NCBI RefSeq assembly: GCF_964213995.1 | Contig: NW_027590147.1 | Span: 434,001-498,000 of the forward strand | DNA length: 64,000 bases | Direction: 5' to 3' | Source of the DNA: Mustelus asterias | Taxonomy: Eukaryota | Shown here: piece by piece, positions 51,255 through 64,000 of the stretch | Numbering within the stretch: the first letter of the stretch is position 1 | Layout: each line of letters starts with the position of its first letter | Translations under genes and position numbers: made by a program | Notes under the pieces: model-generated | Databases searched by the model: none | Told to the model about the DNA's origin: nothing | What the model saw: only the letters and a program-made list of their open reading frames with translations

Positions 51255-52367
51255 ATGGAAGGAAAAGGCACCGTTCACAGTGGGGAGAAACGGTGGGAAT
51301 GTGGGGAGGGATTCAGATCCCCATCGGAACTGGAAACTCATCAGCCCAGACACACCAGGGAGAGGTCATTCACTTGCTCCAAGCGTGGGAAGGGATTCTC
51401 TCGCTCATCCAGCCTGCTGCAACACCAGCGAGTTCACACTGGAGAGAGACCTTTCAATTGCTCCGACTGTGGGAAGGGATTCGCTCAGTCAGGCAACCTG
51501 CTGAGACACCAGCGAGTTCACACTGGGAAGAGACCATTCACTTGCTCAGAGTGTGGGAAAGGATTCGCTCGGTCCCCTGACTTGATGGCGCACCAGCGAG
51601 TTCACACTGACGAGAGACCATTTAAATGTCCAGACTGTGGGAAGTGCTATAAAAGTTCCCGGGACCTGATACTCCATCAACGTGCTCACAGTGACGAGAG
51701 GCCATTCAGATGCTCTCATTGTGGGACTGGGTTCAAACAATCATCTCAACTCACTGAACACCAGCGTACTCACACCGGGGAGAGGCCATTCACCTGCTCT
51801 GTGTGTGGGCATGGGTTCAGTCGGTCATCTAACCTGCGGACACACCAGCGAATTCACACTGGGGAGAGACCTTTCACCTGTTCTGAGTGTGGGAAGGGAT
51901 TCACTCAATTATCCACTTTGCTGAATCACCAGAGTGTTCACAACGAGAAGAGACCATTTCAATGTCCAGACTGTAGGAAGTGCTACAAAAGTTCCCGGCA
52001 ACTGTTCCACCATCAACGAGTTCACACTGAGGAGAGACCTTTTAAATGCCCAGACTGTGAGAAGTGCTTTAAAGGTTCTGGGGAACAGATGCGCCATCAA
52101 CGTGTTCACACTGACGAGAAACCATTCAGGTGCTCTCACTGTGACACTGGGTTCAAGACATCATCTGACCTCACTGTACACCAGCGAGTTCACACTGGGG
52201 AGAAACCATTCACCTGCTCCCAGTGTGGGAAGGGATTCACTCAGTCATCCTCCCTGCTGACACACCAGCGAGTTCACACCAGGGAGAGGTCATTCACCTG
52301 CCCCAAGTGTGGGAAGAGATTCACTCAGTCATCCAACCTGCTGAGACACCAGCGAATTCACAAGTAA
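51255..52367 (+). CDS. C2H2 zinc-finger protein, 370 aa, 11 intact plus 2 degenerate fingers
   Basis: AACATGG at 51255; TGERPF/TDERPF linkers; AATAAA just after the stop. Confidence 0.9.
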   Translation: MEGKGTVHSGEKRWECGEGFRSPSELETHQPRHTRERSFTCSKRGKGFSRSSSLLQHQRVHTGERPFNCSDCGKGFAQSGNLLRHQRVHTGKRPFTCSECGKGFARSPDLMAHQRVHTDERPFKCPDCGKCYKSSRDLILHQRAHSDERPFRCSHCGTGFKQSSQLTEHQRTHTGERPFTCSVCGHGFSRSSNLRTHQRIHTGERPFTCSECGKGFTQLSTLLNHQSVHNEKRPFQCPDCRKCYKSSRQLFHHQRVHTEERPFKCPDCEKCFKGSGEQMRHQRVHTDEKPFRCSHCDTGFKTSSDLTVHQRVHTGEKPFTCSQCGKGFTQSSSLLTHQRVHTRERSFTCPKCGKRFTQSSNLLRHQRIHK

Positions 52368-52839
52368 TTTCAATAAATTAGCTTTGTGTTAACAGTGTTT
52401 AATCTTTTAACACCTTTAACATATGTTATTTCCTTTTGAAGGGTTCTCATGCTCCCCTGTCTCTTCCATCCTCACCTCCAAGTGTGAGGAGCTCATGGAG
52501 CTTCTTTGTAAGATTGGGACAATCTGATCAGCTGCCTCTGCTGCTTCCCTCCCTTCCACTAGCCCACCGGGACAAACCATGTCTAAAGTTCCACCTTGCT
52601 CAAGCCCAGAACTTACAGCTTTCTCCAGTTTCTCTCCTATCTCCCTTCATGCCCTCTGCATCTTGTCCATGAGACCCACCTTGTGCTCCATTAACCCTAT
52701 TCTCCTTAAACTGCTGATCATCCAACTTCCCCACATTAGGTGATATTGTTGACGGTTCTCTCTTTTCTCTCACACTGTCCCTCTCACTTTCAAATCCACT
52801 GTCATCACCAATCCTAAAAAAACACTCAATCCCACAATC

Positions 52840-53930
52840 TCACAGGTGGAGAAGGTGGTGAAGAAGGCATATGGCATGCTTGCCTTTATAGGACGGGGCA
52901 TAGAGTATAAGAGTTGGGGTCTGATGTTGCAGATGTATAGAACGTTGGTTCGGCCGCATTTGGAATACTGCGTCCAGTTCTGGTCGCCACACTACCAGAA
53001 GGACGTGGAGGCTTTGGAGAGAGTACAGAGGAGGTTTACCAGGATGTTGCCTGGTATGGAGGGGCTTGGTTATGAGGAGAGATTGGGGAAACTGGGGTTG
53101 TTCTCCTTGGAAAGACGGAGGATGAGGGGAGACTTAATAGAGGTGTATAAAATTATGAAAGGCATAGATAGGGTGAACGGTGGGAAGCTTTTCCCCGGGT
53201 CGGTGGTGACGTTCACGAGGGGTCATAGGTTCAAGGTGAAGGGGGGGAGGTTTAACACAGATATCAGAAGGACATATTTTACACAGAGGGTCGTGGGGGC
53301 CTGGAATGTGTTGCCGGGCAAGGTGGTGGAGGCGGACACACTGGGAACATTTAAGACTTATCTAGACAGCTATATGAACGGAGTGGGAATGGAGGGATAC
53401 AAAAGAGTGGTCTAGTTTGGACCAGGGAGCGGCGCGGGCTAATTGTTCTTTGTTTCTCGTTTCAAGGCTTCATTCTATGATCATCTTGCTGGTGCCAGTA
53501 CAGAGTGAGACTGCGGATAGTTGGGAACCTGTCTCGGGGGCAGGGAATTCAGATGGTGGAAATGAATAGGGTTGGGAAGCATTTTCTGATCAGGGCCAGT
53601 GTGATCTCCTGGACTCGTTTCGATCGCCACAGGGGGTCGGAGAGGAATTTCCCAGATTTTTTTTCCCCATATTGGCCCTGGGGTTTTCACTCTGGGTTTT
53701 CGCCTCTCCCTGGAGATCACATGGTCTGGAATGGGGGGGTGGGGGTGAGTTAATAGGTTGTGATGAACAAAGCATCGTAGCTGTGAGGGACAGCTCGGTG
53801 GATAGGATATTAGGATGTAGATAGGCTGGAAAATTGGGCGGGGATCCTGGACTCAGGATTCAATCCTGGACCGGGGAGCGGCGCGGGCTTGGAGGGCCGA
53901 AGGGCCTGTTCCTGTGCTGTTTTGTTCTTT
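52840..53930 (+). mobile_element. Young CR1-clade LINE 3' end with long 3' UTR, inserted in an old L2-like fragment
   Basis: ORF 52846-53415 open and CpG-rich; tail GGGCCGAAGGGCCTGTTCCTGTGCTG. Confidence 0.9.
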
Positions 53931-54219
53931 GCCAACTGCTACCCCATCTCCAACCTCTCTTTCCTCTCCAAAGCCCCTGCACTAGGTGTCCCCCAAGTGT
54001 TTATCCTTTGCCCCTCCTGTTTCTCATCTACATGCTGCCACTGGGTGACATAATACAGATAGACTGTTGTCTATCTTCTTCCTACTCAGCTTCTCTGAGC
54101 TGTGAACCAGGCAGCTGAAAGCTGATACTTATTAACTTTTTCTGGACACAGTCCCTTGTACATGATCAATGGTGTTCCTGAACTCTGGTTCACATGATCA
54201 GTCTCTGATGCATTTAATT

Positions 54220-54530
54220 CCATCTACGGGCGATCGAAGGGGTCTTCAACCTGACTCTCTGCCCCCTCTAGTGCAGCTATATTCGTGGCCAGGTGTCCCT
54301 GGAAAGGGAGCATGCAGTGTCCGAAGGCACCACTGAAGCCTTCCATGCCCGCTGGGCACTGCAGGGACTGGGGTGTATTATTGACCCCTTTAATCACATT
54401 TTAATTTGATGTTTTAAGTTTCCTTTCCGCTTTGTTTTTTGTTTCGGGCGGTTCCCCTCCTTTTAGGGAGCTGCCCCTTTTGAGTTGTCCCGAAGTTAAG
54501 CTGATTTTGTTTATTTGGTTGGACACGAGA
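54220..54530 (+). mobile_element. Tx1-clade (L1-like) ORF2 C-terminus and 3' UTR fragment
   Basis: Translates YIRGQVSLEREHAVSEGTTEAFHARWALQGLGCIIDPFNHILI*, resembling the Tx1 ORF2 end as recalled; T-rich UTR follows. Confidence 0.6.
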
Positions 54531-55684
54531 AAGATGTCCCTGATTGATGTCGGTGGTGTGGAATCAGTTTCTGATTGGTTTCTTCATGGTGATGGTCACC
54601 TACCGATCATTTCCTGCAACCTCCTGGCTGGCCCTCTAATGTATCAGTTACTTTCGGAGTCTGCCCCACGTTATAACCTTTCCTGTCATTTTATTAAATT
54701 TTATGGCTTCGTACTGAGATAACGGGGGGGGGCCTAAAGATATCTTCTTTGTCACTTATTTGAGATAAGCAAGTTTATGGTGTCAAATCCCAATGGTTAA
54801 CATTTGGGTTCATTGTCTCAAATGTCTAATTGATGTGTAGAAATCCTGTGGAGTTCTCATTGGGGCAGTGACTATCAGTATATTTTGGTTAAAGAAAGTG
54901 CTTGCTGGTTTTTGTAGTGGTTGCCAGAGCTTGGAACACAGTTAATTAAAAGGACACAAAGTGACACACAGCCTTAAACTAATACAGAAATTACAAAGTT
55001 ACTTCAGATCTAAAATCCAAAGAAAGTGGCATCAAATCAGTGTGTAAAAGGTGAGAGAGCAGGAAACACAAATACAGTATGATACATTCAATTGATAAAT
55101 GTTCAAAACGAATGAGTCAGAATTACTACTGTGTGATGAAAACTAAACTGAAACCTTTAATTTTTCAAACCAATGATGGTTATATAGTGTGAAGGAAAGT
55201 CACTGCTTCTTTTAAGATATTACAAGTTAAAAGGATACATTAATTTATGACACAGTGCTGAAGGTTTGAAACTTCACAGCTGGTTTCTTCACACAATATG
55301 GCCTCTAACTCAAGTATAACTGTTATTGTCAATGGCTGAGGAGTTAACAGTTCCAGACCTCAGCCTATCCAGAGTTGATGGGATCCACAGGACTCTGTAA
55401 TTAAAGTATAAAAGTGTAGGTTTACACCGGCCTCGGGTCATGTGATGTATTTCATTTATCAAATAAGGATGCAGTTACAGACAAAGCCAGTTACATGATA
55501 CTAATATATTATAATTAAGCAGAATATCACAGCAGGTTAATTGATTAATAAGCTTCAATTACTTGATGATTACACATAACCATGCTACAAACTATTAAAT
55601 ATGACTATTCCTACAGTCAAACAGTCCAGTCAAGCAACAGGCTGACACAGTCATACTTTGAATCATATCTTACTGCCAATGTCT

Positions 55685-56842
55685 CACAGGAACAAGGAGC
55701 AGGATTCGGCTATTTGGTCCCTCGAGTCTGCTCCACCATTTAATCAGATCAGGGCTGATCTGATAGTAACCTTAATTCTGCATCCTGCCTACCCCCAATA
55801 ATCTATCACCCACTTGCTTGCCAAGAATCTATCTACATCTGCCTTAAAAATCTTCAAAGACTCTGCTTCCACCGCCTTTTCAGAGGCGTTCCAGAGGATC
55901 ACGACCCTCTGAAAGAAAATATTTCACTTCATCTCCGTTTTAAATGTGTGAACCCTTATTTTTAAACAGGGACCCCGAGCTCGAGATTCTCACAGAAGAG
56001 GAAACATCCTCTCCACATCAACCTGTCAAGAACCTTCAGGATCTTCTATGTTTCGATCAAATTTATCTTACTCTTCTAAACTCCAGCAGACACAAACCTA
56101 GCCTGTCCAAGCTTTACCCATAATCCACACATTTCTAGCATTATTCTGGTCAATCGACTGCTTCCAATGTATTTACATCCTTGCTTAAACAAGATGACCA
56201 ATACTGTACACCGTACTCCAGATGTGGTCTCACTGGTGCTCTGGATAACTGAAGCATAACCTCCATATTTATGTAATCAATTCCCCTCACAAATGATAGC
56301 TTTCCTAATTACTTGCTTTACCTGCTTACGAGCTTTTTGTGATTCATGCAAAGAACAAAGAACAGCACAGGAACAGGAACAGGCCCTTCGGCCAACGCTG
56401 ATCACATTGTCCTATCGAGACCAACCACTTATATCCCACTATTCCCGCCTGTTCATGTGTCTATCCAGATAAGTCTTAAATGTCACTAACGTGTCTGCCT
56501 CAACCACCGCACTTGGCACTGCATTCCAGGCCCCCACCACCCTCTGTGTAAAAAGACTTCCCCCGCACATCTCCACTGAACCTTTCCCCCTTATCTTGAA
56601 CTTGTGCCGCCTTGTAATTGTCATTTCTGCCCTGGGAAAAAGGTCCCAAGTGTTCACCCTATCCACACCCCTCATAATTATATAAACATCTATCAGGTCG
56701 CGCCTCAGCCTCCGTCTTTCCAGGGAGAACAATCCCAGTTTATTCAATCTCTAGAACACCCAGATCCCTCTGCATCTCAGAGCTCTACAATCTCTCACCA
56801 TTTAGATAATCTGCTTCCCTTTTATCCTTCCTGCCAAAATGT
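55685..56842 (-). mobile_element. Old CR1 fragment with a younger CR1 3' end nested at ~56351-56750
   Basis: ORF 56439-56747 LGLFSLERRRLR..FTQRVVGAWN. Confidence 0.8.
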
Positions 56843-56880
56843 GCTGTCCTACCAGCAGTTCAGACCTGAGTAGAGGGAGC

Positions 56881-57106
56881 AGTAAGAAGTTTAACAACAC
56901 CAGGTTAAAGTCCATCAGGTTTATTTGGTAGCAAAAGCCACACAAGCTTTCGAAACTCTAAGCCCCTTCTTCACCTGAAGAAGGGGCTTAGAGCTTCGAA
57001 AGCTTGTGTGGCTTTTGCTACCAAATAAACCTGTTGGACTTTAACCTGGTGTTGTTAAACTTCTTACTGTGTTTACCCCAGTCCAACGCCGGCATCTCCA
57101 CATCAT
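56881..57106 (+). mobile_element. Young palindromic Penelope-terminus element with hammerhead at 56972-57008
   Basis: ~92-bp near-perfect inverted arms about TCACCTGA; TAGAGGGAGCAG direct repeat at 56871 and 57110; CAC-CTGAAGA-A-GGGGC-TTAGA-GCTTC-GAAA-GC-TT-GTG. Confidence 0.85.
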
Positions 57107-58173
57107 GACTAGAGGGAGCAGCACAGAGGTGGACAGTGCAAGTGAGTCATCCTGGGAGTCCTCAACTTGAAATCCTTTTTATTCATTCGTGGGAAATGGG
57201 CATTGTTGGATGGCCAGCATTTATGGCCCAGCCCTTGTTGCCCTTGAACTGAGTGACTTGCGAAGCCATTTCAGAGGGAGTCACATGTAGGCCAGACCGG
57301 GTAAGGATAGCAGATTTCCTTCCCTAAAGGGCATTAGTGAACCAGATGGGTTTTTTACGATAATCAACAATGGTTTTATGGTCATCAATAAATTCTTAAT
57401 TCCAGATTTTTTTCATTGAATTCAAATTCCACCAACTGATGTGGCAGGATTCGAAACCCGGTCCCCAAATCATTAGCTGAGTTTCTGGATTAATAGTTCA
57501 GCAATAATACCACCAGTCATCACCTTCCTTAGTTCAACATGGAGTGTAGGAGAACAAGTCAGGAGCAGCACTGGGCACCCTAAAACTGAGATTCCAACCT
57601 GGTTACTCTAACATGAGACTATAAGCATGCTGAACAGCAGAAGCAGCATGTTCCAGGCAGGGCCAAGCGATCCCACAAACAACGGATCAGATCAAAGCTG
57701 CAGTCCCCCCACATCCAGTCGTGAATGGTGGGGGACAATTAAACAAATCACAGAGAGAGAAAGCTCCACAAACATCACCATCCTGAATGACTGGGGAAAG
57801 AAGTGGATCAGTGCAAACAACTGTGATTTGTGTTTGGTGATCGCGGATGTGTTGCTGATGCCTTCCATGGATTCCAAGGCCAGGAAAGATACTCTGGAAG
57901 GTGTGGGGAGCTGGGACTTGCCCAGGAGAATAACTGAAGGTGTGAAAACTGAAATAATCAAGAGTTAGAAAGGAGAAAAGGCCACAAAAATGCAGCAATT
58001 GGTAACAAGACATTGATTAATCTTTTCTTATCCTGGAGAAATGAAGGTCCCAGCTTTGTGTCTTAAACAATATTAGTTAATTTGACATTTATCCACAGTA
58101 ATAAACTCCAGCCCAGTTATAGTGATCACAAACATCAGTGAAAACACACCCCAACTGTCAGAATGAACATTGT

Positions 58174-59223
58174 TCAGTCCTGGATGTGAATAACAGCAGA
58201 ATCCAATTCCTCCAGACACCTGCCAATTTGCTGGTGAGTTAGAAGATGGGTTGACTGAGTGAATCCCATCTCACACTCAGAGAAGGTGAACGGTCTCTCT
58301 CCATTGTGAGTGTGTTGGTGTCTCAGCAGGTGGGATGAGTGAGAAAATCCCTTCCCACACTCAGAGCAAGTGAACGGTTTCTCCCCGGTGTGAATGTGCT
58401 GGTGTGTTTGCAGGTTGGATGAGCGAGTGAATCCCTTTCCACAGTCAGAGCAGGTGAACGGTCTCTCCCCGGAGTGAACTTGTTGGTGTCTCAGCAGAAT
58501 ACTCGAGGTCTTAAAGCTCTTCTCACATTCAGAACATTTGAAAGGTTTCTTATCTGAGTGAACGAGTTGGTGTGATCTGAGGCTGGTTAAATAAATGAAT
58601 CCTTTTCCACACAAGGAGCAGGTGAATGACCTCTCCCCAGTGTGAACTCGCTGGTGTTTCTGGAGGCTGGATAACAGAGTGAATCCCTTCCCACACACTG
58701 TACATCTGAATGGCCTCTCCTCATTGTGAACTCGCTGGTGTATCAGCAGATCACTTGTGGTTTTATAACTCTTCTCACATTCAGTACATTTGAAAGGTCT
58801 GTTATCAGTGTGAACCAGTCGGTGTGTAGCGAGGTGAGATGATCGTGTGAATCCCTTCCCACACACAGAGCAGATGAACGGCCTTTCCCCAGTATGAGTG
58901 CGTTTGTGTTCAATGAGATTCTGTGATCGCTTAAATAACTTCCCACAGTAAGAGCAGCAGAACTGTTTCTCGGTGTGAATAGATTGGTGCATGACCAGGT
59001 CCTCAGGGCTTTTAGAGTTGTGATCACCGTCAGAGTGGTTAAAAAGCCTCTCTTCAATGTGAACTTGCTGGTGGGTCAGCAGGTGGGATGACTGAATGAA
59101 TCCTTTCCCGCACATGGAGCAGGTGAATGGTCTTTCCCCAGTGTGACTGCGCCGATGCATTTCCAGCAGCGATGGGTAACTGAATCCCTTCCCACAATCC
59201 CCACATTTCCATGGTTTCTCCAT
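58174..59223 (-). CDS. C2H2 zinc-finger protein, 349 aa, 10 intact plus 2 degenerate fingers
   Basis: [10 protein letters not shown] start; leader to ~59695 interrupted by a LINE tail at ~59280-59412. Confidence 0.9.
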   Translation of the reverse strand: MEKPWKCGDCGKGFSYPSLLEMHRRSHTGERPFTCSMCGKGFIQSSHLLTHQQVHIEERLFNHSDGDHNSKSPEDLVMHQSIHTEKQFCCSYCGKLFKRSQNLIEHKRTHTGERPFICSVCGKGFTRSSHLATHRLVHTDNRPFKCTECEKSYKTTSDLLIHQRVHNEERPFRCTVCGKGFTLLSSLQKHQRVHTGERSFTCSLCGKGFIYLTSLRSHQLVHSDKKPFKCSECEKSFKTSSILLRHQQVHSGERPFTCSDCGKGFTRSSNLQTHQHIHTGEKPFTCSECGKGFSHSSHLLRHQHTHNGERPFTFSECEMGFTQSTHLLTHQQIGRCLEELDSAVIHIQD

Positions 59224-60684
59224 GGTGCAGGTGTTCTTATATGTTCAAGCCTTGTCCACACACAACATGTGTATTGCTTCGAAGTAAGGCTATTAAGGGT
59301 TATGGGACAAGGCAGAAAATTGGATTGTCATATCATATCAGCCGTGATCTCATTGAATGGAGGAGCAGACTCGATGAGTCCAATGGCCTAATTCTGATCC
59401 TAATTCTTATGGTGTTATTGTTCTCTGCTGTGAATTGTGTGATGTTTCTTTCAGGCTGTGTAACTGGTTAAAGCTCTTTCCAGTCAGTTCACTCTCACTC
59501 AGGTCTGTGTCTCGGTGCTTTTCCAGTCACACTGATGTTTGAAATTGTTCCCCACCGCCAGAACAGACAAACATTTCTCCTTCCACATTTAAAGGTCGAT
59601 GATATTCAGGTTCTGATGAATTGAGTGACTCTGTCAGATCTTGATGTAATGTTTGGTTTCCATTTCCCATCTGCAATTCATCGCCCTTGTGGACCTTGTA
59701 AAAGACATTGACAGAGTCAGTATCACTGTCAGCACAGGACAGAAATTCACAACAAACAATTCTAGTTTCCATCGAATATTATTTCAAATCTTGTTTCCCC
59801 AAATCTTGTGATCCAATCGAACTTCCATCTGAACTAAACCAGAACTTTGTTTCCAGTGTTTGTGAGACACTCTGTCCCCTGAGTTGTGGAAGATATCGAG
59901 TGTTCCAGTCGACACTGTCTGCTCCCTCTCCAGGACCACACGAGCACAGACAAGAAAGTTAAAGTTTATTTTTATTAGTCACAAGTAAGGCTGACAGTAA
60001 CACTGTAATGAAGTTACTGTGAAACCACAGAAGAGGGGCCCACAGCCAAGTTACCCTCTGCTGAACTACAAATTAACCAGCCCCAAGAGCAGGTCCAGGA
60101 AAAGATCCTCTGACCTCCCCAGTCTCCTCCACACTGGGCAGTTAACGAACAGGAGCGTGGGGCAGAACAGAATTGTAACTAAAAGTGGAGAAGCAGCTCC
60201 TTCAGGGGTTGCAATCTCTCACACTGAATATGTACATGGCTCATGGATTTCTTGAGGCTGCAAATTAATTTAAAAGAGGAGAAAAAAACAGTGATAAACA
60301 CAAAGGCAGGTTGTGAAATTGAGCTGAATGAATCCGGTAATTTGTGGAGCCGGAACAAGGAAAAAGTGACCACGAAAGCTGCTGGATTGTGATTAAAAAC
60401 TCAAATGGTTTGCTAATGTCCTTCAATTCAGGAAACCTGCCACCCAGTCCAGATCTACACAAGAATTCAACCTTAATGGGAGGAGAAAGATAGAGATGAA
60501 ACAGGGAGGGAATGAATGGTAAGGACTTTATACATCTACAACTGGACAAGAACTTTGACAGAACCTGCCAAACCACAACCTTCACCAACTCAAAGGATGC
60601 AGGAAAACTATCACCACCAAATGTTGTTTTCAATCTCAAATCTCAAAACAACTTGTAATCCTGAGGTAACCTGTATCCTCCTGC

Positions 60685-60885
60685 ATTTAAGGGGCAATTT
60701 AGCATGGCCAGTCCACCTAACCTGTACACCTTTGGGGTGTGGGAGGAAACCGGAGCACCTGAAGGAAACTCATGCAGTCACAGAGAGAACATGCAAACTC
60801 CACACAGACAGTCACCCAAAGCTGGAATCGAACCCCGGGTCCCTGGTGCTGTGAAACAGCAGTGCTGACCGCTGTGCCACCCTGT
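60685..60885 (-). mobile_element. HE1-like V-SINE, partial
   Basis: Reverse-complement head and V-domain. Confidence 0.8.
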
Positions 60886-61115
60886 GCCACTGTACTGTGT
60901 TGCTCGGAAATAAGTTTTAGGATTTTGGCCGAGTGATTGTGAAGGCAGACCTTCTACCAAGTCAGAATAGTGCGTGATTCTGAAGAGTAAATGCAGGTTA
61001 TGGGGTCTCCATGCACAGACTGCCCTTATCCATGTTGAGGAGAGGTTTGTAGTTTTGGAAGGTGCTGTCAAAGGAGGTTTAGCCAATTGCTGGTAATTCT
61101 AGTAATGTCCATGTT

Positions 61116-61180
61116 CCAGTTGTGAACTCGCTGGTGCCTCAGCAGTGTGGATGAACGACTGAATCCCTTCCCACACACTG
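61116..61180 (-). pseudogene. Isolated single zinc-finger remnant
   Basis: Minus strand encodes [20 protein letters not shown]. Confidence 0.75.
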
Positions 61181-61720
61181 AAAAATTTGAAATCTTTCTA
61201 AATGTAAATTTGATGAAAATCCCTGACAGAGCTACTTTTTCCTTGCTTGAAACACAGCTTTAAATGGTCCATTTGTTTCTAGAGTCGGTTCCATGAGCAA
61301 CGCCTTCAAATAAACAAAATCAAAACACTGCAGCTGCTGGAAATCTGAAATGAAAAGAGAAAACGTTGGAAATATTCATCAGGTTAGACAGCATCTATGG
61401 AGACAGAAACAGAGTTAATGTTTGCAGTCACTGACGCTCCTCTAATAAAACACATACCAATAGCTGCTGTTTAATGGGGCCATGGATCCCACAATCCCCT
61501 GTGCCCCAGAAACCGCTCTATCCATCACACACATTTCCCATTATGATATTTCTGTGTCAAGAGGGCGAGCTGTTTAAAAGTTGTCAAGTTCCATTTTTGC
61601 GTGTTCATGTTCATTAAAGATACAGTTCGACTTCCCCCTCATTATGTATCAATTTCAGAAACTTCGGTTGAGAATTTCCATTCCCCTACTTTCTGTTGGA
61701 TAATGAATACCTTGAGTACT

Positions 61721-62047
61721 TAGAAATCATAGAAATCCTACAGTGCAGAAAGAGGCCATTTGGCCCATCGAGTCTGCACCGACCACAATCCCACCCAGGC
61801 CCTACCCCCATATCCCTACATATTTTACCCGCTAATCCCTCTAACCTACACATCTCAGGACACTAAAGGGCAATTTTTAGAATGGCCAATCATCCTAACC
61901 TGCACATCTTTAGACTGTGGGAAGAAACCCACGCAGACACGAGGAGAATGTGCAAACTCCACACAGACAGTGACCCGAGCAGGGATTCGAACCCAGGACC
62001 GTGGAGCTGTGAAGCAGCAGTGCTAACCACTGTGCTACCGTGCCGCA
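61721..62047 (-). mobile_element. HE1-like V-SINE
   Basis: Very similar to 16458-16781. Confidence 0.9.
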
Positions 62048-62139
62048 TAGGTTACAGTATAATTTGATTCCTAATGTTATTGACTGCACCCGTATCCCTA
62101 ATTTTCACATCGCAGCAGAAAAAGCTCACTGTTCACATA

Positions 62140-62630
62140 TGAGGAGTTTCGATGGCGTGCGCTTTACCCAACATTCCTCGCGGTCGGGAATGGTCCCTAT
62201 CCACAGCACGGGAGAGAGGTGCGCATGCGCAGTCAGGCAGCGTTTGGCGCATGTGCAGCGTGGATGATGGCAAGGAGATACATTCCTCTGTCTCATCAGC
62301 AACCGGTAAGGATGCGGATACATGGAGGGAGGATTGGAACCGGCAGATGGACGGAGAGGGTTTCTAAATATCTGGTGAAGGTCTCAAACCTCTCATAGTA
62401 ATCCGCAGGTCCCGTGTTTGTAGCTTCAGGTCTTTTTCCCGAGACGAGGCTCAGGTTAACAGCCGCCATCTTGATTCGGCAGGGAGCAGAGCGCATGCGC
62501 TGGTGTCTTGGTGACGCAACAGTGAGTGGGCGGGGCTTCAGCGTTTTCTGCTCCCAACCGGGTCCTCGTGACCGGAAAGCATCGCAAACTGAGCAACAGG
62601 TTTTAAACAGCTTCACCCACTCCCAGGGAA
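62140..62630 (+). promoter_or_regulatory. CpG-rich promoter/first exon; inverted paralog of 42120-42540
   Basis: GCGCATGCGC at 62221 and 62491, CCG|GTAAGG donor at ~62304, reverse YY1-type motif at 62462-62473. Confidence 0.75.
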
Positions 62631-63207
62631 AAATGGTGTATGAAAGTAAGCTTGCAGGAACATAAAAACTGACTGTAAAAATTTCTACAGATATATAAAG
62701 AGAAAATGATTGACAAAATTTTAGAAATGGGAGAATTCATCACGGGGAATAAAGGGCCGAAGGGCCTGTACTGCGCTGTATTGCTCTATGTTCTGTGGTC
62801 TATGGATCTGTCAATCACCCTCAACCAGCATCTTCAGGAGAATTGGGAGGGTGAATATGAGATACAGCAGAGTGAGAATGGAGGGAGAGTGTGTGGGATG
62901 GAGTTCACAGCTTTGGGGAATGAGAGAGGAAAGAATGTTCCAGAGAAACTAGAATTGTTCTGAATTTCTATCCTGTACTGACACTGATCACTTTTGTAAA
63001 TTCTTTTTACAGGATATTGGAAGGGGAGGATTTACAGACAAATTTCAAACCAAACGTCACATCAACATCTGACATCCTCACTCAATTCATCGGGACCTGA
63101 ATATTTCGACCTTTGATTCTCGAAGGAGAAATGTTTCTCTGTTCTGTGCTTCAAAAACTTTAATCATTTGTGTGACTTGAAAAGCACCGAGACACACACA
63201 CACCTGA

Positions 63208-63315
<108 letters not shown>

Positions 63316-63365
63316 TGAGATTTAACTGATTGTTTAACCTGGAGAGTCACAAGGACACCTGCACC

Positions 63366-64000
63366 ATGGAGAAACCGTGGAAATGTGGGGACTGTGGGAA
63401 GGGATTCATTTCCCCATCTCAGCTGGAAGCTCATCGACGCAGTCACACTGGGGAGAGACCATTCACTTGCTGTGTGTGTGGCAAGGGATTCAGTCAGTTA
63501 TCGAATCTGCGGACGCACCAGCGAGTTCACACTGGGGAGAGGCCGTTCACCTGCTCTCAGTGTGGGGAGGGATTCACTCGGTTATCCAGCCTGCAGACTC
63601 ATCAGCGAGTTCACACTGGGGAGAGACCATTCACCTGCTCTCAGTGTGGGAAGAGATTCACTCAGACATCCCACCTGCAAACGCACCAGCGAGTTCACAC
63701 TGGGGAGAGGCCATTCACCTGCTCTGTGTGTGGGAAGGGATTCACTGACTTATCCAGCCTGCGGGGACACCAGCGAATTCACACTGGGGAGAGACCATTC
63801 ACCTGCTCTCAGTGTGGGGAGGGATTCACTCAGTCATCCGCCCTGCGGAGACACCAGCGAGTTCACACTGGGGAGAAGCTGTTCACCTGCTCTCAGTGTC
63901 TAAAGGGATTCACTCAATTATCCCACCTGCAAACACACCAGCGAGTTCACACTGGGGAGAGGCCATTCACCTGCTCTCAATGTGGGAAGGGATTCACTGA
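63366..64000 (+). CDS. C2H2 zinc-finger protein, 3'-partial (7 fingers plus the start of an 8th); absent from the ORF track
   Basis: Manual translation from CACCATGG: [33 protein letters not shown].. open to the window end; acceptor AG at 63011-63012. Confidence 0.9.
   Translation, partial: MEKPWKCGDCGKGFISPSQLEAHRRSHTGERPFTCCVCGKGFSQLSNLRTHQRVHTGERPFTCSQCGEGFTRLSSLQTHQRVHTGERPFTCSQCGKRFTQTSHLQTHQRVHTGERPFTCSVCGKGFTDLSSLRGHQRIHTGERPFTCSQCGEGFTQSSALRRHQRVHTGEKLFTCSQCLKGFTQLSHLQTHQRVHTGERPFTCSQCGKGFT

Overview
Vertebrate DNA, almost certainly shark/elasmobranch (HE1-type V-SINEs, SacSINE1-like Deu-SINEs, CR1/HER1-type LINEs, MEKPWKC-type ZNFs). The window is part of a tandem C2H2 zinc-finger gene cluster: 7 apparently intact single-coding-exon ZNF ORFs (one runs off the right edge and is missing from the ORF track) plus at least 4 remnants, with no visible KRAB/SCAN/BTB domain. 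They are mostly arranged as head-to-head pairs around CpG-rich promoters (NRF1/YY1/NF-Y/GC-box-like motifs), and all carry a shared, decayed formerly coding leader. Gaps are filled with CR1/L2/Tx1 LINE pieces, SINEs, probable solo LTRs and Penelope-like (GIY-YIG) elements whose termini contain minimal hammerhead ribozymes with covarying stems, including short palindromic derivatives. The most unusual object is a ~330-bp, strongly hairpin-forming element with two U2 snRNA 5' fragments (one keeping the branch-point-pairing GUAGUA) just downstream of a ZNF-type promoter at ~30.7-31.05 kb, next to an 8 x 87-bp minisatellite. Everything was read by eye; repeat boundaries are approximate and family names are by recall, not database search.
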